A stretch of 64,000 nucleotides of DNA, taken from Myxococcota bacterium (lineage in GTDB: Bacteria; Myxococcota_A; UBA9160; UBA6930). The notes under the pieces were generated by a model. The model was given only the letters and a program-made list of their open reading frames with translations. It searched no databases and had not been told where the DNA came from. Numbering within the stretch: position 1 is the first letter of the stretch; the number at the start of each line of letters is the position of its first letter. This document shows, piece by piece, positions 60,773 through 64,000 of the stretch. The translations under genes were made by a program, and so were the position numbers. The stretch covers positions 160,001 to 224,000 of the forward strand of contig OZ245015.1 of NCBI GenBank assembly GCA_965223705.1, in the 5' to 3' direction.

Positions 60773-62158
60773 GTGGCAAAGGCGCGCAGCGACTTCGAAT
60801 GCGACGAGTGTGGAACCCGCCACGCGCAGTGGCTCGGCCGTTGCACGGGTTGCGGCGCCTGGGACACGATTCACGAACGCGCCGAGGACCGTGCCGCCGC
60901 CGCGGCGGGGAGCTTCGGCTGGGAGGGCCCACGGGAAGTCCGCGCCCTCAACGAAATCGCCGAATCCGCAGCAGCTCGCATCCAATCGGGTATTGGCGAA
61001 CTCGACCGCGTCACGGGCGGCGGGTTCGTCCCGGGCTCCGTCGTGCTCCTCGGAGGCGAGCCGGGCATCGGGAAATCGACCCTGAGTCTGCAGTTGGCCC
61101 GAGGGTTCGAAGAGACCGGCCGGCGTGTGCTGTACGTCAGCGCCGAAGAGAGTCTCGAGCAGCTGCGACTCCGCGCGGATCGCCTAGGGGCGCTCGGAAA
61201 CGGTTTGTTCGCGCTGCCCGAAACCCGGGTCGAAGCCCTCGAGAAACCCTGGCACGACGTCGCTCCCGGGCTGGTTGTCGTCGATTCCATACAGACCATG
61301 CGTTCCGATCGCGCGAACTCCGCTCCGGGCTCGGTCTCGCAAGTTCGAGAAAGCGCCGCGCTCCTCGCGAGTGCCGCGAAAAGCCAAGGCAGCGTTCTGG
61401 TTCTCGTCGGACACGTGACAAAGGACGGAAGTCTCGCGGGACCGCGCGTCCTGGAACACCTGGTCGACGTGGTGCTCCTTTTCGAAGGTGACCGCGGTCA
61501 GGGCTTCCGCATGCTGCGCGCCGTGAAAAACCGCTTCGGCGGAACCCAGGAGCTCGGCGTCTTCAACATGACCGCCGAAGGGCTCGAAGGCGTCCCGAAC
61601 CCGAGCGCGCACTTTCTCTCCGACCGACGAGCGGGCGCCCCCGGAACGGCCGTGGTTCCACTTCTCGAGGGAACGCGTCCGCTGCTCGTCGAGGTGCAGG
61701 CCTTGGTTGCGCCCGCCGGCTACGGCACGGCGCGCCGGACCTGTGTCGGCGTCGACGATACGCGTGTCGCGCTGCTGCTCGCGGTTCTCGATCGCGGGAC
61801 GAACCTCGATTTCGTCTCGCGCGATGTCTACATGAACGCGACCGGTGGCGTGCGCATCGCGGAGCCCGCGGCGGATCTCGCCATGGCACTGGCACTCGCG
61901 TCGAGCCGTCTCGATCGTGCGCTACCCGAAGACGTCGCGGCCTGCGGAGAGGTGGGATTGGGCGGCGAGCTCCGACCCGTGGCACGCCTCGAGGCCCGCG
62001 CCGCGGAAGCCGCGCGCCTCGGTTTCCGCCGGTTGCTCGTCCCGGAGACGCCCGCCTCACCGCCCCCGGCACGCGTCGGCCAACTCGACATCCTGCCCTT
62101 TGCCCGGCTCTCGGAAGCGGTTGCGTGGCTCGGCCAACAGGCTGTGAACGAAGGTTAA
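60773..62158 (+). CDS. radA: DNA repair protein RadA/Sms
   Basis: C4 zinc finger, GEPGIGKSTL, DSIQT, KNRFG. Confidence 0.97.
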   Translation: MAKARSDFECDECGTRHAQWLGRCTGCGAWDTIHERAEDRAAAAAGSFGWEGPREVRALNEIAESAAARIQSGIGELDRVTGGGFVPGSVVLLGGEPGIGKSTLSLQLARGFEETGRRVLYVSAEESLEQLRLRADRLGALGNGLFALPETRVEALEKPWHDVAPGLVVVDSIQTMRSDRANSAPGSVSQVRESAALLASAAKSQGSVLVLVGHVTKDGSLAGPRVLEHLVDVVLLFEGDRGQGFRMLRAVKNRFGGTQELGVFNMTAEGLEGVPNPSAHFLSDRRAGAPGTAVVPLLEGTRPLLVEVQALVAPAGYGTARRTCVGVDDTRVALLLAVLDRGTNLDFVSRDVYMNATGGVRIAEPAADLAMALALASSRLDRALPEDVAACGEVGLGGELRPVARLEARAAEAARLGFRRLLVPETPASPPPARVGQLDILPFARLSEAVAWLGQQAVNEG

Positions 62159-62230
62159 CTAGCTGTTTTTGCGACGGTTTTCGGCTTTCCGGGGATTGCC
62201 CCGACGGTGGCGACCAGCTAGCCTCCCCCC

Positions 62231-63253
62231 ATGAGCGAAGCCCCTCCCCGAGGCTCCGGTCGTCCGGCAGCGCACGTGGAAACGCTCCTAGAGCTGGTCG
62301 ATGCGTGCCTGCGCGACCACCTCGCGTCGGAGAGTGCGCTGGTCCGCGCGATCGGCGATCACGTGTTCGCGAACCCGGGCAAGCGACTGCGGCCGGCGCT
62401 GCTGATGCTGGCCGCTGAGCTCTGCGGCTATACCGGCCCGCGCCGCATCCAGCTGGCCGCGGCTCACGAGATGATCCACACCGCCACCTTGCTGCACGAC
62501 GACGTCGTCGATCTCGCGGAGCTCCGGCGCGGCCAACCGGCAGCTCACGTCTTATGGGGCAACCGGCGAGCGGTGCTGGTCGGCGATTTCTTCTACGCGC
62601 GCGCATCGCAAATGATCGTCGAAGACGGCGAGCTCGCGATCGTCGGTCTGTTCGCCGACATGATTCGCCTCATGTCCGAAGGCGAGCTGTTGCAACTCGA
62701 GCGGAGCTTCGATCCCGATGCGAGCGAAGCGCACTATTACGCGGTGATCGAGCGCAAGAGCGCTGCCCTGCTCTCGGCGGTTTGCGAGATCGGCGCGATT
62801 CTCGGCGGTGTCACGCCCGCCGAACGAAAACGTCTCGCCGATTTCGGCCGCGAGCTGGGCCTCGCATTTCAAATGCGCGACGACGCGCTCGACTACGCGT
62901 CGAGCGCCGAAGAACTCGGCAAGCCGCCGCTCACGGATTTGCGCGAGGGCAAGATCACCATGCCGCTCCTGCTCGCATTGAAGCGCGCGACCCACGCTGA
63001 GTACGAAGCGGCCACAGCCGTCTTGAAGAATGCGGCGACGCGCAGCGCGGAAGGTTCGAGCGAAACCCTCGAAGACGAGGAAGTCGAGCTAGTCCGAAGT
63101 CTGGTCGAGCGCATGCGCGGCGTCGAAGACACCAATCGACGCGCGCTGTCGCATATCGATCGGGCGCGAGCGGCACTGGCCGCTTTCCCCGACAACCCCG
63201 CGAGACGCGCACTTCTCGCCGCGGCGGATTTCTCGGTGGCCCGTCGCGCTTAA
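62231..63253 (+). CDS. Polyprenyl diphosphate synthase (IspB-like)
   Basis: GKRLRP, LLHDDVVD, RRG, FQ..DD.LD. Confidence 0.95.
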   Translation: MSEAPPRGSGRPAAHVETLLELVDACLRDHLASESALVRAIGDHVFANPGKRLRPALLMLAAELCGYTGPRRIQLAAAHEMIHTATLLHDDVVDLAELRRGQPAAHVLWGNRRAVLVGDFFYARASQMIVEDGELAIVGLFADMIRLMSEGELLQLERSFDPDASEAHYYAVIERKSAALLSAVCEIGAILGGVTPAERKRLADFGRELGLAFQMRDDALDYASSAEELGKPPLTDLREGKITMPLLLALKRATHAEYEAATAVLKNAATRSAEGSSETLEDEEVELVRSLVERMRGVEDTNRRALSHIDRARAALAAFPDNPARRALLAAADFSVARRA

Positions 63254-63280
63254 GCTCCCCGAGGTCCCGGGAGCGATGCA

Positions 63281-63610
63281 ATGGAAATGACAAACCAGCA
63301 ACCCCTTTCGGCGCACGGGCGCGGCATACGAACGTTTGCCCTCGCAATGCTTTTGGCGGCGCTCGTCGCCGCCGGTGCGTTGGCGGAAGGGCGCGGTGTT
63401 GTGAACATCAACACCGCAAGTGCAGCGGAGTTGGCGCTTCTCCCCGGAATCGGGGAGAGCAAAGCGTCGGCCATCGTTTCGACCCGCAAAGCGCGGGGCG
63501 GTTTCAGCTCGGTGGACGATCTTCTTGCGGTCAAGGGGATCGGCGAGGTCGCCCTCGAGAAGATCCGCAGTCACGTCGTGCTGAAAGGCGCGACCACGCT
63601 GAAGGAATAG
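63281..63610 (+). CDS. comEA: ComEA-family helix-hairpin-helix DNA-binding protein
   Basis: Signal peptide, VNINTAS..EL..LPGIG, VKGIG. Confidence 0.9.
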   Translation: MEMTNQQPLSAHGRGIRTFALAMLLAALVAAGALAEGRGVVNINTASAAELALLPGIGESKASAIVSTRKARGGFSSVDDLLAVKGIGEVALEKIRSHVVLKGATTLKE

Positions 63611-63618
63611 GCGGCTCG

Positions 63619-63647
63619 GATGCCGGGGGAGGAGATCCCCCGGCATC
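63619..63647 (+). terminator. GC-rich hairpin after comEA
   Basis: GATGCCGGGGG...CCCCCGGCATC inverted repeat; weak U tract. Confidence 0.5.
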
Positions 63648-63679
63648 ACTTTGCTACACCGCCGCGAGGAGGTCCCCCG

Positions 63680-64000
63680 TTGAGTAACGCGATCGTCTCC
63701 CTTCACGCGCTCGAGATCCTCGATTCGCGCGGAAACCCGACGCTTTCTGTCGAAGCGACGCTCGAGGACGGCGCCGCCGGTTGGGCCGCGGTTCCGTCCG
63801 GCGCTTCGACCGGCGCGCGCGAAGCCCTGGAGCTCCGCGACGCCGACGGCGATCGCTATGCCGGAAAGGGGGTGCTCCGCGCGGTCGGGCACGTGAACGG
63901 CGAAATCGCGGCTGCGCTTCGCGGCCAGGTCGTCGGCGGTCTCGCCGAGCAACGCACGATCGACCGCGCTCTCATCGAGCTCGACGGCACGGAGACGAAG
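63680..64000 (+). CDS. eno: Enolase, 5' part (truncated by window)
   Basis: Manual translation [10 protein letters not shown]...[16 protein letters not shown]...GKGV. Confidence 0.96.
   Translation, partial: MSNAIVSLHALEILDSRGNPTLSVEATLEDGAAGWAAVPSGASTGAREALELRDADGDRYAGKGVLRAVGHVNGEIAAALRGQVVGGLAEQRTIDRALIELDGTETK

Overview
GC-rich bacterial chromosome segment. A Myxococcota/deltaproteobacterial affiliation is inferred from the split atp operon, the parA-parB-bactofilin-atpF' order, the parS variant and a MXAN_5187-like gene. Positions ~240-17265 hold a sedentary chromosomal integron: intI (16279-17265, +), attI (~16040) and a minus-strand cassette array. The array has 14 full-length ~130-bp attC sites, three toxin-antitoxin cassettes, one exactly duplicated cassette and a decayed distal tail. 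Three near-identical copies of a 1,175-bp IS110-family element sit at the same nucleotide (AGCCGCT^TGTTAG) inside three attC sites. Its 227-nt left non-coding end folds by eye into a bridge-RNA-like structure. One loop matches the element's own circle junction (ACGATCGCT, TGAGAGC) and another is complementary to the attC R'' box (TAACAAGC vs GCTTGTTA). Circularisation would build a TTGACT-17-TATGAT promoter. This is an apparently RNA-guided, attC-targeting recombinase whose guide explains which attC variants are occupied. The first cassette also carries a 23-nt exact copy of part of the donor loop. Positions 17.3-64 kb are core genes (nth, serC, uvrA, tmk, atpBE, hemL, gyrAB, dnaN, rpmH-rnpA-yidD-yidC-jag, parS, rsmG, parAB, atpFHAGDC, bioB, radA, comEA, eno). 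dnaA, recF, mnmE and mnmG are missing from their usual places. All calls come from reading the sequence and recognising motifs; no searches or folding programs were run.
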